A stretch of DNA of 36,277 nt from assembly GCA_000934665.2 (NCBI GenBank), contig KZ539011.1, positions 1 through 36,277 on the forward strand. Direction: 5' to 3'. The notes beneath the pieces were generated by a model that saw only the letters and a program-made list of their open reading frames with translations, was not told the origin of the DNA and searched no databases. Source of the DNA: Catajapyx aquilonaris (lineage: Eukaryota). The position numbers were made by a program, and so were the translations under genes. This document shows, piece after piece, positions 35,125 to 36,277 of this stretch (the first letter of the stretch is position 1; every line of letters begins with the position of its first letter).

Positions 35125-36178
35125 AGGCATTATTTTTATTCTGGACAAAAATCAAGCCAGAACAATTTTTTTGTTGCTAGGCGATTAATAATAAAGTAAT
35201 AAAGTAGTCATAATCAAGTTTGTTTGATTTTGTGATTTTCATTCTGTGCTCAAAAATTATTCCAGTGGAAACAAGGCCTTTTGTTTAAGGCGTCTGTACA
35301 TTTTAGTTGATAAGAATGGAAAAGGTGGTAATGAACGTATTGAAATTACCAGATTTGCGCTCTTTTCTTCACGAAGTCTCGAAGTGGATGTTTCCTTGGG
35401 ATCCCATGCAAATTAGGCCATACAGTAATGATATTATTCGCTGATGCCCATCCATGTATAATACGGCATAATCACTATCTCGATTATGAAAAAATTGAAC
35501 ATGAACACCTTTCACTCTCATCGACTCATTTATAATAACAACTGATGGACCCTGTGTTTCAATGCAGATGCTGATGCGACATATACAACAACATCCTCAA
35601 AATTCAAGATTGTCAAGAAGCGCTTTCCAGGAAGTATTCAAGAGATAGATGCAGAGTTCCGGGATATTCACATGATAAGAACACGTCCTGAGGGCAAAGA
35701 AGTGCACTATACAAAAACCACAGGTAGGTGCATACATAATAATGGGGAACTAGCCTTGGTCTGGGATTTGGGATTTTTGTTCATAACTAGCTAGCCCATG
35801 CCTGTAAACATACATTCCATCACTTTGTTGCATCAAAATGACATTACTGGATAAATTACGGCACATTTAAAAGTGCCTTCAAAATTGGCGGGAAAAACGG
35901 CGGAGCCGGGTGGTGCCAATCGAAAGGGTGCACTGAAATGCCTGGTTGACTGCGAGATATGAGGAATTTGACTTTGAATTAACCGCGGACACGACGGAAA
36001 GCATTTGCAAGGCGGATGTAGTAGGCCATCGAGGTGGAGAAGGGGGGCCTTTATGTGCCGAATTCGGGTGACAGATAATTCCTACCAGTTGGCATCACTG
36101 CCACATACAAAGCGACTTGAGCGGCCTGGAATAAATACGCGCCCCGGCCGCTATCTTGCTCACGGAATGGGACGGTTG

Positions 36179-36277
36179 CTAAACAAACGTCTGGCCAGAG
36201 GAACATGGCTCTTCTATCCGGCCAATCACAGACAGGCGCTCCCCCGCGCCACAGGAGAAGTGTGGCATGCCCTTGTA
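36179..36277 (-). CDS. Possible C-terminal end of a gene entering from the right edge (...YKGMPHFSCGAGERLSVIGRIEEPCSSGQTFV*)
   Basis: Open frame from the window edge to TAG at 36181-36179, GC-rich, ending in a class I PDZ-like motif T-F-V. Only 32 codons are visible, so chance cannot be excluded. Confidence 0.25.
   Translation of the reverse strand, partial: YKGMPHFSCGAGERLSVIGRIEEPCSSGQTFV

Overview
This is eukaryotic genomic DNA, very probably from an arthropod: genes are spliced with short (mostly 53-90 nt) GT-AG introns, and one has a ModSP-type protease architecture. The left ~24 kb is gene-poor and repeat-rich. It holds two coding exons of a minus-strand LHFPL/TMEM211-type tetraspan membrane protein gene, palindromic MITEs, a tRNA-derived SINE with a 16-bp TSD, minisatellites and a 75-N assembly gap. 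The right ~12 kb is gene-dense, with four genes: (1) a minus-strand gene for an uncharacterised ~288-aa protein with three OB/cold-shock-like repeats and two MITEs in its long intron; (2) a divergent 556-aa LDLa x4-sushi-trypsin-fold protein with all three catalytic residues replaced; (3) a 638-aa single-domain angiotensin-converting enzyme (M2 peptidase) with a GPI-like tail; (4) a ~221-aa orphan gene preceded by a non-autonomous Helitron. Most ORFs in the supplied track look spurious. I see no prokaryote-type system such as CRISPR or an operon. All gene models were spliced by hand and have no expression or database support.
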